Shown here piece after piece: positions 8,893-17,862 of a DNA stretch of 24,000 nucleotides. The notes beneath the pieces are model-generated. The model did no database searches. It had not been told where the DNA came from and worked only from the letters and a program-made list of their open reading frames with translations. The stretch spans positions 4,595 to 28,594 of the forward strand of contig MFKT01000018.1 in assembly GCA_001781125.1 (NCBI GenBank). Reading direction: 5' to 3'. Every line of letters begins with the position of its first letter. The first letter of the stretch is position 1. Both the position numbers and the translations under genes were made by a program. Source of the stretch: Candidatus Kaiserbacteria bacterium RIFCSPHIGHO2_01_FULL_53_29 (GTDB lineage Bacteria > Patescibacteriota > Minisyncoccia > Phycocordibacterales > UBA2100).

Positions 8893-9902
8893 ATTCCGTC
8901 GAACTTCTTAACGCATTGATCGAGGGGAAAGACCTGAACGCGTCAGACACGCAGGAGTTTTTTAATGCGGTCGTGCGCGGGGAGATCCCTCCCGCGCAGA
9001 TCGCCGGCATCCTCGTGGCGCTTCGCATCAAAGGGGAGAGTGTTGAAGAGATTGAAGGCTTGGTGCGGGCGATGCGTTCCCACATGGTGAAGGTGGATGC
9101 CCCCGGTGCGATCGATATCGTTGGCACGGGCGGCGGGGAAGTCGATCCGTTCAATATCTCAACTGCGGCGGCCCTTATCGCCACTGGTGCAGGGGCTAAG
9201 CTTGCAAAGCACGGCAATCGGGCGGCGTCAAGCAAGTGCGGTAGCGCTGATGTGCTGGAAGCACTCGGTGTGAATATTCAAGTCTCTGCTGAGCAAGCGT
9301 CGAATGTTTTCAAGAACGCGGGGATCGTTTTTCTATTCGCTCCTACGTACCACCCGGCGACGAAAAACGTGGTTGTCGTACGTAAGGAGTTAAAGATCCG
9401 CACCATCTTCAATGTGCTTGGACCGTTCGCGAACCCCGCGGGAGCGAGGCGTCAGCTCGTCGGCGTTCCAAATCCAGATGTTGCGAAAAAGATGATGGAA
9501 GTGGCGAAGAATCTCGACTACGAGCGCCTCATCATCGTTACGTCAGGGGGAATGGATGAGATAAGTATTGTCGGGAAAACACAGGCACTGGAACTCTCGG
9601 AAGGAAAGATGCGCGAATTCGAGATAGATCCGAGCACGTTCGGTTTCAGCGGAAAGAAAGAAGATCTCGCCAGCGGCGATGCACAGACGAATGCAGCGAC
9701 CATTCGCGACATTCTCAAAGGAGAAAAAGGTCCCAAGCGCGATGTTGTGGTATTGAACGCTGCATACGGTCTCTATGTGGCCGGGGTAGCCAAGACACCC
9801 GAGGAGGGAATAAAAGAGGCTGAAGAATCAATCGACAGCGGCAAGGCGGCGGCGGCGCTCGAAGCCCTGATACGCGAAACGCAGAAGTACAAACCCGTAT
9901 GA
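8889..9902 (+). CDS. trpD: Anthranilate phosphoribosyltransferase
   Basis: DIVGTGGGEVDPFNISTAAA, KHGNRAASSKCGSADVLEALG, FGPFANP-like FNVLGPFANPA. Confidence 0.96.
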   Translation: MNSVELLNALIEGKDLNASDTQEFFNAVVRGEIPPAQIAGILVALRIKGESVEEIEGLVRAMRSHMVKVDAPGAIDIVGTGGGEVDPFNISTAAALIATGAGAKLAKHGNRAASSKCGSADVLEALGVNIQVSAEQASNVFKNAGIVFLFAPTYHPATKNVVVVRKELKIRTIFNVLGPFANPAGARRQLVGVPNPDVAKKMMEVAKNLDYERLIIVTSGGMDEISIVGKTQALELSEGKMREFEIDPSTFGFSGKKEDLASGDAQTNAATIRDILKGEKGPKRDVVVLNAAYGLYVAGVAKTPEEGIKEAEESIDSGKAAAALEALIRETQKYKPV

Positions 9903-11722
9903 AAGTCCTAAAAGTCATTCCCATTAAAAAACCTCTTGACGCCGAAGTAGCCATTCCCGGTTCTAAAAGTTACACCAACAGAGCGCTCCTCATGGCCGCA
10001 CTTTCGGGAAATACAGTGCGCATCAAAAATCCACTCATAAGTGAAGACACTGAGGCGATGATCGGCTGCCTGCGCGAGCTCGGTATTGCCTGTACGCTCG
10101 AAGACGGGCTCGTTACCGTTGCGGGCGGCATCGATTTGGTCAGTGACCGCGAATACAATCTCGATGCGAATCTCTCTGGGACCACGATCAGATTTATCTC
10201 GGCACTCTCGGCTCTAGTTCCCGGGACAAAGACCATTCATGGTAAGCCTCGTCTCAATGAGCGCCCGATCTACGATCTTGTAGATGCATTGCGGCAGCTC
10301 GGAGCCTCGATCGAGTACCTTGACCGGGAAGGCTACCCGCCTATTCGTATCTCGTCTTCGGAGCTTTCTGCGGGAGTAGTCAAAATGAAAGGAGAAGTAA
10401 GTAGTCAATTCCTGTCGGCACTTCTTATGGTGGCGCCCCGCATCGGCGACGTTGAAATACATATTGAGGGTGAACAGATATCAAAACCCTATGTAGACAT
10501 GACCATCGACGCTATGAAGCAATGTGGTGTTACCGTTGTCAACGATCAGTATGCGAAATATCGAATTACGGCAGGAGCAAAATACAAAATGACCGAGTAC
10601 GTGGTAGAGGGTGATGTTTCAAGCGCGTCCTACTTTGCAGCTATCGCGGCTTTGACCGGATCGCGTATTACGCTCAAGAATATGAATCCGCAGTCAGTAC
10701 AGGCGGATATGGGATTTCTTACCATCCTCGCCGGTATGGGGAACGAGATCACGAATGGGGAGAATGAGATAACGATACAGGGCCGTGGCGTAAGGGCGGT
10801 TGATGTCGACATGCGGGGTTGTCCCGATCAGGTACAGACGCTCGCCGTTCTCTCCGCATTCGTGTCGGGCATTACGTCGATCTCCGGCGTGCGTTCGCTA
10901 CGAGTAAAAGAGACGGAACGTGTCGCGGCGCTTGAGCGGGAACTTGCGAAGATGGGCGTACAGGCAGAATCGACCCCCGACACGCTCACCATCCATGGGC
11001 GTGCGCCGAGGCCCGCGGTGATCGACACCTACTGGGATCATCGGATGGCGATGGCGTTTACGGTTGCGGGGACGAAACTGGAGGGCATGGAGATCAGGAA
11101 TCCGGACGTCGTCGGGAAGACGTTCCCCGACTTTTGGGAGAAACTCAATTCGATCGGCATCAAGACGGAAATTTCCGAGCGGGAACCAAATATTGTGCTA
11201 ATAGGGATGCGCGGAAGCGGGAAGACAACGATCGCAAAAATGCTTTCCACCCGTCTGCAGCGCACCAGCATCGAGATAGACGACGAAGTCGTAAAGAAAA
11301 CAGGAATGAGCATCGCCGATATCTTTGCGCATCACGGAGCGGAATATTTCAGGAACAAGGAGTCCGAAGTAGTGGATGAAATGCTGGCAAAAGAGAATAC
11401 CATCATCTCTACCGGAGGCGGGACCATATTGCGACCCCACAACATCGAACAGCTCAAATACAACGCCATCTGTTTCTGGCTGCGGGCTCCCGTCGAAGCC
11501 CTGGTAGAGAGAATGGAGAGTGATCCCTCATCGTCGCAGCAGCGGCCCACTCTCACGGACAAGGAGACACCCGAGGAAGAAACTGCGGAAGTATTGCGAC
11601 AGCGGGAGGCGTTGTATCAAAAAGCCGCGGATGAGGTCGTGGATACCCAGAATAAGAACCCGGGGGGGATCGTCGAAGAGGTATTACTCAAATTGAAAGC
11701 GCGCGGAATTAACGTACAATAA
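9899..11722 (+). CDS. aroA-aroK: Bifunctional EPSP synthase (N-terminal) fused to shikimate kinase (C-terminal, from about nt 11186)
   Basis: N-terminal: [44 protein letters not shown]-terminal: [23 protein letters not shown] Walker [41 protein letters not shown]. Single 607-aa ORF without interruption. Confidence 0.94.
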   Translation: MKVLKVIPIKKPLDAEVAIPGSKSYTNRALLMAALSGNTVRIKNPLISEDTEAMIGCLRELGIACTLEDGLVTVAGGIDLVSDREYNLDANLSGTTIRFISALSALVPGTKTIHGKPRLNERPIYDLVDALRQLGASIEYLDREGYPPIRISSSELSAGVVKMKGEVSSQFLSALLMVAPRIGDVEIHIEGEQISKPYVDMTIDAMKQCGVTVVNDQYAKYRITAGAKYKMTEYVVEGDVSSASYFAAIAALTGSRITLKNMNPQSVQADMGFLTILAGMGNEITNGENEITIQGRGVRAVDVDMRGCPDQVQTLAVLSAFVSGITSISGVRSLRVKETERVAALERELAKMGVQAESTPDTLTIHGRAPRPAVIDTYWDHRMAMAFTVAGTKLEGMEIRNPDVVGKTFPDFWEKLNSIGIKTEISEREPNIVLIGMRGSGKTTIAKMLSTRLQRTSIEIDDEVVKKTGMSIADIFAHHGAEYFRNKESEVVDEMLAKENTIISTGGGTILRPHNIEQLKYNAICFWLRAPVEALVERMESDPSSSQQRPTLTDKETPEEETAEVLRQREALYQKAADEVVDTQNKNPGGIVEEVLLKLKARGINVQ

Positions 11723-11729
11723 AGTGATT

Positions 11730-12812
11730 ATGGCAGGGAACAGCTTCGGACAATTATTTCGGATAACGACCTTCGGCGAATCGCACGGCGGTGCTGTCGG
11801 CGTTGTGCTCGATGGTTGCCCGCCGGGTATTGAGATTACCGAGGAAGAGATCCAGAAGCAACTCGACCGGCGTCGACCCGGACAGAGCAAAATAACGACG
11901 CCGCGCAAGGAGGCCGACCGCATCAAGATACTTTCGGGATACTTCGAGGGCAAAACGACCGGTACGCCGATGCTCCTCATCGCTTACAACGAAGAATACG
12001 AATCCGACGATTACCTCGAGCTCAAAGAGGCCTACCGGCCCTCACATGCCGACTTTACGTATGAGGCCAAGTACGGTTTCCGCGATTGGCGGGGAAGTGG
12101 TCGCGCTTCTGCGCGCGAGACCCTCGCGCGCGTCGCCGCCGCCGCAGTCGCCCAAAAATACCTAAAGGAGAAACTCGGTATCGAGATCTTGAGCTATGTC
12201 GATCAAGTCGGTGATATTAAAGCCGACATTGATTTTAATACTGTGACACCAGAACAGATAGAATCCAATATCATCCGCTGTCCGGATCAGAGTGCAGCGG
12301 AGAAAATGATAGCCCTCGTCGAGAAGGTGAAAGCCGAGGGGGATTCCATCGGCGGCGTTATTCAGGGTGTCATCCGCAACGTCCCTGCAGGCCTCGGTGA
12401 GCCGGTCTTCGACAAAATTCCCGCCGATCTTGCAAAAGCGATGATGAGTATCAATGCGGTGAAGGGATTCGAGATCGGTTCGGGCTTCGCGGGCGTGTCG
12501 CAACGGGGAAGCGAACACAACGACCCCTTTGAGATACGCGATGGGGAGATCCGCACCAAGACCAACAACGCCGGAGGCACATACGGCGGTATTTCTAGCG
12601 GCGAAACTATCCACTTCCGCGTCGCGTTCAAGCCGGTTTCAACGATTAAAAAAGAGCAAGATACGGTGAATCGTAAGAAAGAGGCCGTCAAACTCTCTGC
12701 GGCGGGCCGTCACGACCCATGCGTCCTCCCCCGCGCCGTCCCGATTGTGGACGCGATGAGTGCTCTGGTAATCATGGATCACTATCTCCGCAACAAAGCA
12801 CAGAACGGTTGA
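11730..12812 (+). CDS. aroC: Chorismate synthase (likely start MAGNSFG at 11730)
   Basis: [94 protein letters not shown]. Confidence 0.97.
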   Translation: MAGNSFGQLFRITTFGESHGGAVGVVLDGCPPGIEITEEEIQKQLDRRRPGQSKITTPRKEADRIKILSGYFEGKTTGTPMLLIAYNEEYESDDYLELKEAYRPSHADFTYEAKYGFRDWRGSGRASARETLARVAAAAVAQKYLKEKLGIEILSYVDQVGDIKADIDFNTVTPEQIESNIIRCPDQSAAEKMIALVEKVKAEGDSIGGVIQGVIRNVPAGLGEPVFDKIPADLAKAMMSINAVKGFEIGSGFAGVSQRGSEHNDPFEIRDGEIRTKTNNAGGTYGGISSGETIHFRVAFKPVSTIKKEQDTVNRKKEAVKLSAAGRHDPCVLPRAVPIVDAMSALVIMDHYLRNKAQNG

Positions 12813-12824
12813 CCAGCGTCGCCT

Positions 12825-13583
12825 TCAGAAACCGAGCAGGAGCTTGAGACCCAAGATGCCGCCCACGATGACAAAGAGTGTTTTGATGAATTTGTTGCCC
12901 TTGTAGCGTGCATAGCGTGAGCCGATGTACGCGCCGACCATAGAACCTAAAATCGCTAAGATTGCGAGCTGTATATCGAAGTATCCTTTGCTGATGAGGA
13001 ACGCTGCGCTGAAAATTGACCACGGAAGTACGATAAGGTAGTAATGGCCAAGTCCGTCAATAAAATCAAAACCTCGTGTGTAAAAAGTGAGTATCGAAAG
13101 AGCGATTGCATTACCGACCCCAAGAATCAGTTCGTAGAATCCCATCACAAGCGCAAAAGGATACGCGTATATCCCGCGTGACTTCGAATATTCTCTTTTT
13201 TCCTGAAGCCCTATATCTTTATTGAAATAGAGATACACGACGAACAAGAGAATTATCACACCAATGCAGATTTGGTATATACGTGGTTGCACGGTGAGTA
13301 TCGCAGCTATACCCAGATAACATCCGATGAGACCGATACCGCTAAAAAGAAGGACGAACATCCAATCCACCTTCCGCCCCTTAAGATAATTGTAAGCAGC
13401 GGGCATTGTCCAGAATACGTTTGTCGTAAAAGCCGTGGAAATAATTATGGGGATGGGAATACCAAGCGATATGAAAACGGGGTACATAATTATCTCCAGC
13501 CCACCGCCCGACATTGTGCCCAATACCGTGGCAGCGATAGCCGTGAAGAATACGGCTACCATGCCCAAGGCATCCAACTCCAT
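12825..13583 (-). CDS. TSUP family (TauE/SafE-like) membrane permease
   Basis: ATVLGTMSGGGLEIIMYPV, FTTNVFWTMPAAYNYLK, ILAILGSMVGAYIGSRYA; multiple TM segments. Confidence 0.75.
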   Translation of the reverse strand: MELDALGMVAVFFTAIAATVLGTMSGGGLEIIMYPVFISLGIPIPIIISTAFTTNVFWTMPAAYNYLKGRKVDWMFVLLFSGIGLIGCYLGIAAILTVQPRIYQICIGVIILLFVVYLYFNKDIGLQEKREYSKSRGIYAYPFALVMGFYELILGVGNAIALSILTFYTRGFDFIDGLGHYYLIVLPWSIFSAAFLISKGYFDIQLAILAILGSMVGAYIGSRYARYKGNKFIKTLFVIVGGILGLKLLLGF

Positions 13584-13613
13584 CGCTCAATGATATCAGA
13601 GGAAACAATACCC

Positions 13614-13655
13614 ATATCATCCTAGCTCACGCGGCCACGTGAGCTAGGATGATAT
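13614..13655. repeat. Perfect 18-bp inverted repeat (hairpin) between trpA and the TSUP gene
   Basis: ATATCATCCTAGCTCACG (13614-13631), loop CGGCCA, CGTGAGCTAGGATGATAT (13638-13655). Confidence 0.9.
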
Positions 13656-13677
13656 CTACTATTCGCTCCTTTCTTTT

Positions 13678-14502
13678 TTACTCCGTTTGGATTATTTCTC
13701 GAATTGTTTTTTCAACGGTCCCAATCCCCGAAGCCTTGATCGCATCCACAAATACACTGCCGGCGATGACGATGTCGGCTATTTTTGCGAGCGACTGGAC
13801 GTCCTCTTTTGATTTCACGCCGAAACCGACGGCAAGGGGAAGATTGAAGACGCGTTTGGCGAGGGTGGCAAAGTCTGCGAGATCTTTGGCAAATTTGCTG
13901 GTGGCACCCGTGATACCTTGTCGCGAGGTGCAATAGACAAAGCCGAGCAAGTCTTTTCCTCCAGAGGAGGATCCGCCTCCGGCGGAGGCGAGTTGTTTCA
14001 GTCGCTCTTCCGGTACTCCCGGCGAGACGACGGGGATGAAACAAATATTGTTTTCTTTACACGCAGCGATGAGCGCCTGACCTTCTTCGGTATCAAATGG
14101 GCAATCGGGGACGATAAGCGCGCTCGCTCCAGCATCAGCGATTGTTTTTACGAATTTCGGAATACCGTATCTGAAAACCGGGTTGGTATAACTCATCACC
14201 GCAACGGGTTTTCCGAACGCGGCGACTTTTTTAAGGAGTTCGAGCGATTTGGCGACCGTCGCACCTGCTTTTAGGGCGTCTTCGCTTGCAACAGCAATTG
14301 TCGGGCCGTCGGCCATGGGGTCCGAGAAGGGGATCTGCAGTTCGATAATATCCGCGCCGCCTTTCACCAGTGCCTGCGCAACTTGTTCAGACTCACTGTC
14401 GCTTCGATATCCAGCGATCATGTGTGCCATAAAAAAGGGCTTGCCACTTTTTACCCTGAGCAAAGTTGAAGGGTCTCCAAGCAGTGTCTGCAACTTATTC
14501 AT
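13678..14502 (-). CDS. trpA: Tryptophan synthase alpha chain (likely start MNKLQTLLG; the ORF extends to 14562)
   Basis: FFMAHMIAGYRSD, IIELQIPFSDPMADGPTIA, MSYTNPVFRYG, VPDCPFDTEEG, GFVYCTSRQGITG, VGFGVKSKEDV. Confidence 0.95.
   Translation of the reverse strand: MNKLQTLLGDPSTLLRVKSGKPFFMAHMIAGYRSDSESEQVAQALVKGGADIIELQIPFSDPMADGPTIAVASEDALKAGATVAKSLELLKKVAAFGKPVAVMSYTNPVFRYGIPKFVKTIADAGASALIVPDCPFDTEEGQALIAACKENNICFIPVVSPGVPEERLKQLASAGGGSSSGGKDLLGFVYCTSRQGITGATSKFAKDLADFATLAKRVFNLPLAVGFGVKSKEDVQSLAKIADIVIAGSVFVDAIKASGIGTVEKTIREIIQTE
13953..13987. repeat. 35-bp double-hairpin repeat, copy 1, inside trpA (encodes in-frame SAGGGSSSGGK)
   Basis: CTTTTCCTCCAGAGGAGGATCCGCCTCCGGCGGAG, identical to 20472-20506; made of TCCTCC-AGA-GGAGGA plus TCCGCC-TCC-GGCGGA. 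Confidence 0.93.
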
Positions 14503-15706
14503 ACCGGCCATACTCGTCTTTGAGAAACTCTCGGAAACTTTCGTCCTTGAAAGCACGCGCAAAGTTGAAGAGATCTTTGTCGCCGCGTCCGGAAAGCGTC
14601 GCGACGATGATGGAATCTTTCGGCATTTTCGGAGCGATTTTTTGCACGTGCGCTAGTGCATGCGCACTTTCAAGTGCGGAAATGACGCCTTCGAGCTTTG
14701 CAAAAAAGTCGACCGCGGCGACAGCTTCATCATCAGTCGCGTACGTGAGCTCGACTCGCCCTTCGGCATGTAGATTGGCAAGTTCCGGCCCGATTCCCGG
14801 ATAATCAAGCCCAGCAGAGATCGAATGCGTAGGCGCTATCTGTCCGTCTTCTGTTTGCAGAAAGAGTGATTTATAACCTTGGAAAATGCCTTCCGCGCCG
14901 CTAAGCACACGTGAAGCGTGTTCACCAAGCTTTTTGCCCCGCCCTCCTGCCTCCACTCCGATGAGTTGAACACTTTTTTCATGTATAAAATCGTCGAAAC
15001 TTCCCATCGCATTAGAGCCGCCCCCGACACAGGCAACAACTACGTCCGGCGGTTTTCCTTCACGCTCTTGCAGCTGCGCACGTATCTCGCGCGAGATCAC
15101 CGACTGGAAATAACGGTTCATCGACGGATAGGGTTTTGGTCCGACGACACTGCCGATGACAAAGTATGCTTCGTCTAAGTTCTCCATCCAGAATTTGAGC
15201 GCCTCATTCACCGCGTCTTTGAGGGTTTTTGTCCCGTATTCTACTGGCACTACGGTTGCGCCGAGCCTCTCCATCAAGAAGACATTCGGACGCTGGCGCT
15301 CCATATCGATGCGGCCCATAAAGATCTTGCAGGAAAAACCGAGCTTCGCAGCCACCGTTGCGGTGGCAACACCGTGCTGTCCGGCACCGGTATCGGCGAT
15401 AAGCATTTTCTTACCGAGTCTTTTTGCGATGAGCGCCTGTCCGAGGCAGTGGGTGATCTTGTGCGCGCCCGTGTGGTTTGCGCCCTCGTTCTTGAGGTAG
15501 ATTTTCGCGCCCCCGAGCTCCTCGGTCGCGCGCGCGGCGAAGATAAGCGGCGTCGGGCGGCCCGAATAGTTCTTCAGTAAGTTCTCGAATTCGCTTTTGA
15601 ACGCAGTGTCTTTCTTAGCGTTCTCAAATTCAGCGTCGAGTTTCTGCAGTGTCTCCCAGAGCATTTCGGGTACGTACGCTCCCCCGTATGTATGTTTTTC
15701 ACTCAT
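14495..15706 (-). CDS. trpB: Tryptophan synthase beta chain
   Basis: YGGAYVPEML, RPTPL, KIYLKNEGANHTGAHKI, GAGQHGVATATVAA, ACVGGGSNAMG, TLSGRGDKD. Confidence 0.97.
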   Translation of the reverse strand: MSEKHTYGGAYVPEMLWETLQKLDAEFENAKKDTAFKSEFENLLKNYSGRPTPLIFAARATEELGGAKIYLKNEGANHTGAHKITHCLGQALIAKRLGKKMLIADTGAGQHGVATATVAAKLGFSCKIFMGRIDMERQRPNVFLMERLGATVVPVEYGTKTLKDAVNEALKFWMENLDEAYFVIGSVVGPKPYPSMNRYFQSVISREIRAQLQEREGKPPDVVVACVGGGSNAMGSFDDFIHEKSVQLIGVEAGGRGKKLGEHASRVLSGAEGIFQGYKSLFLQTEDGQIAPTHSISAGLDYPGIGPELANLHAEGRVELTYATDDEAVAAVDFFAKLEGVISALESAHALAHVQKIAPKMPKDSIIVATLSGRGDKDLFNFARAFKDESFREFLKDEYGRYE

Positions 15707-16482
15707 AGCATTGCTTGTTTCAATTCATGTATTTTTGCAAGGGGATCGGATGATTTCAAGATGGAGGTTCCTACAAGAATACCCCGCGCCCCGGCTTTGC
15801 GCACTCTCCGCACATCCTCGGCGTTCTCGATGCCCGACTCGCTTATCATCGGTATTTTTTTTGGAATGAGGTGGGTGAGCGTCTCGGTGACAGCCAAGTC
15901 AACTTGGAGCGTCTGCAAATCTCGGTTGTTGATCCCGATCACTTCCGAGCCGGCCGCAAGAGCTTTCGCGACTTCGATCTGATTGTGCACCTCAACAAGA
16001 CTGTTCATGTGGAGCTTTTTTCCTAGGTCGATGAGATGTATAAGCTCGTCTACCTTCAATATGTTTGCAATAAGAAGAAATGCATCGGCTCCACTAAGGA
16101 GCGTCTCGTACACCTGATATTCGTCAACAATAAAATCCTTACGCAATATTGCCTGCGGCACTCGCGCTTTGACTCGTTTGAGCAATTCGATGTCGCCGCC
16201 AAAATATGGCTTGTCGGTCAGGACCGAAATCACATCCGCCGAGCTTTTTGCGTAGAGGTCGGCAATATCAAGCGGAGGCTCCGTAATGAGCATACCCTCC
16301 GACGGGGATTTGGGTTTTATCTCGGCGATAAGGACACTCCCGCGATCAAAGAGCTTTCTGAATGATCGTCGTTCAGTTTTGAAGCTTTCGGCCTCCTTTT
16401 GCAGCACCTCAAGCGGTCGAGCCGCCTTGATGGCTTCGATTTCAAGGCGCTTTTTTGCCACTATTTCATCCAAAATAGTCAT
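15703..16482 (-). CDS. trpC: Indole-3-glycerol phosphate synthase
   Basis: LIAEIKPKSPSEG, ISVLTDKPYFGG, LRKDFIVDEYQVYE, IGINNRDLQTLQVDL, ISESGIENAEDV. Confidence 0.96.
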   Translation of the reverse strand: MTILDEIVAKKRLEIEAIKAARPLEVLQKEAESFKTERRSFRKLFDRGSVLIAEIKPKSPSEGMLITEPPLDIADLYAKSSADVISVLTDKPYFGGDIELLKRVKARVPQAILRKDFIVDEYQVYETLLSGADAFLLIANILKVDELIHLIDLGKKLHMNSLVEVHNQIEVAKALAAGSEVIGINNRDLQTLQVDLAVTETLTHLIPKKIPMISESGIENAEDVRRVRKAGARGILVGTSILKSSDPLAKIHELKQAML

Positions 16483-16488
16483 ATCCGT

Positions 16489-16496
16489 AGTATACT
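16489..16496. promoter_or_regulatory. Palindromic AGTATACT giving a TATACT -10-like box on both strands, each exactly 6 nt from a divergent start codon (trpF and trpC)
   Basis: The trpC ATG begins at 16482 (-) and the trpF ATG at 16503 (+); both, and the palindrome, are centred on 16492.5; no Shine-Dalgarno upstream of either gene. Confidence 0.55.
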
Positions 16497-16502
16497 CGCC
16501 AC

Positions 16503-17150
16503 ATGACCAGAGTGAAAATCTGCGGCATCAAGAGCGCCGAAGACGCACAAGCCGTAGCAGCGTTTGGCGCCGATGAGCTTGGATTCCACGTCAAATTGAA
16601 CGGCGGGCGCTCGCCACTCGAAGCGGATGTGGCAAAAGCACTGGTCGGTGCACTTCCAAAGAGTTCGGCGGGTGTTGTTGTGACAAGTCTCACCGATGCG
16701 AAAGAATTGATCGAAATTGCGCAAGCGACCGGAGCTTCAACGCTGCAGCTGTATGGCGATGCGACGCCGGAGACGATACGGGAGTTTAAGAAGGCGTTGC
16801 CAGAAGTAAAAATTTGGAAAGTGTTGAACGTATCCGACGAGAACTCAATTGAGAAAGCGAAAGAATACGAAGACGCGGCGGATGCAATCGCTCTCGATAC
16901 GCTCAACAAAGCAACGGGTGTGCGCGGGGGGACGGGGAAGACCCACGATTGGAGTATCAGCAAAAGAATAGTCGAATCAATCTCAATTCCCGTCATTCTC
17001 GCGGGGGGCCTCAATCCCGATAATATCGCGGAAGCCATCCGCACCGTTCGCCCATATGGTGTAGATGTAAACTCCGGCGTTTCCAACCCCGACGGCTCAA
17101 AAGACCTCGAAAAAGTCAAACTATTTATCGAGCGCGCCAGAAATCTATAG
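16503..17150 (+). CDS. trpF: Phosphoribosylanthranilate isomerase
   Basis: VKICGIKSAEDAQAV, LQLYGDATPETIREFK, LDTLNKATGVRGGTGKTHDWS, VILAGGLNPDNIAEAI, GVDVNSGVSNPDGSKD. Confidence 0.95.
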   Translation: MTRVKICGIKSAEDAQAVAAFGADELGFHVKLNGGRSPLEADVAKALVGALPKSSAGVVVTSLTDAKELIEIAQATGASTLQLYGDATPETIREFKKALPEVKIWKVLNVSDENSIEKAKEYEDAADAIALDTLNKATGVRGGTGKTHDWSISKRIVESISIPVILAGGLNPDNIAEAIRTVRPYGVDVNSGVSNPDGSKDLEKVKLFIERARNL

Positions 17151-17241
17151 TCAGTGGCGAACTTGCAGAGAGAGAGTTCGTGGTATTCATTGCTCGGACA
17201 AGAGAGTCCGAAATTTCCCGTTAACAGCGAGGGTGAAAGCC

Positions 17242-17733
17242 ATGGCACGCAAAGACAGAGATGCCCGCCTGCAGGCGGAGGCTACCGAAATTGCCCAAAA
17301 TTTGAACGGCTGGGCAATTCACAACGACATTCTCAATGCGGGCGAGGTCATCGTCTACGATGCCCGAGTCGAGAAGATCTCGGTTGTCCGGCCAGCCGAG
17401 AGACCGATGGCGACCGAGGAATTCTCGATCAAAGGCCGGAAGGATCGGGGCGTCGAGTTCGTACGCCCTGCCCGAATGACCTCCGACCAGGTTCAGCGGT
17501 TGTTGAGTAAATTGACACTCAGCTCCCGCGAATTCATGCAGGAATTGCTGGTTGAAAAGCGCAACAATCCTACGAACATCAACGAGTTCGGGAACGCTAA
17601 TGATCATCTTGGACATTTCCGAGGCGTCGTCAACGGAGTATTCCGTAACTGCACGATCGGTGGAAAGCACTACCGTTTGGCGACCGATCGGCGCGCGATC
17701 CAACTTTGGGAGGTGAAGCAGATCAAAAAATGA
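17242..17733 (+). CDS. Hypothetical protein (163 aa from the internal ATG; the ORF begins at 17233)
   Basis: ORF with an SD-like GAGGG upstream of the ATG at 17242; no family recognised. Confidence 0.6.
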   Translation: MARKDRDARLQAEATEIAQNLNGWAIHNDILNAGEVIVYDARVEKISVVRPAERPMATEEFSIKGRKDRGVEFVRPARMTSDQVQRLLSKLTLSSREFMQELLVEKRNNPTNINEFGNANDHLGHFRGVVNGVFRNCTIGGKHYRLATDRRAIQLWEVKQIKK

Positions 17734-17862
17734 TGCGCCTCGGCATCGAAAACGTGAGATCCGCTTCAGTAGTGGGTCTTGGCGGGGTTGGCGGTAATCC
17801 TCGAAACCGTATGTTTACCGATGTGTATCGGTACTGATGAGCTCAAAAGAGCGAAACATAAA

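Noticed and set aside
13918-14274. 118-aa plus ORF containing SSRGGSASGGG
   Set aside because: Antisense to trpA; the Gly/Ser-rich stretch is the complement of the 35-bp repeat.
16466-17248. 260-aa minus ORF antisense to trpF
   Set aside because: Shadow ORF; trpF on the plus strand has complete family motifs.
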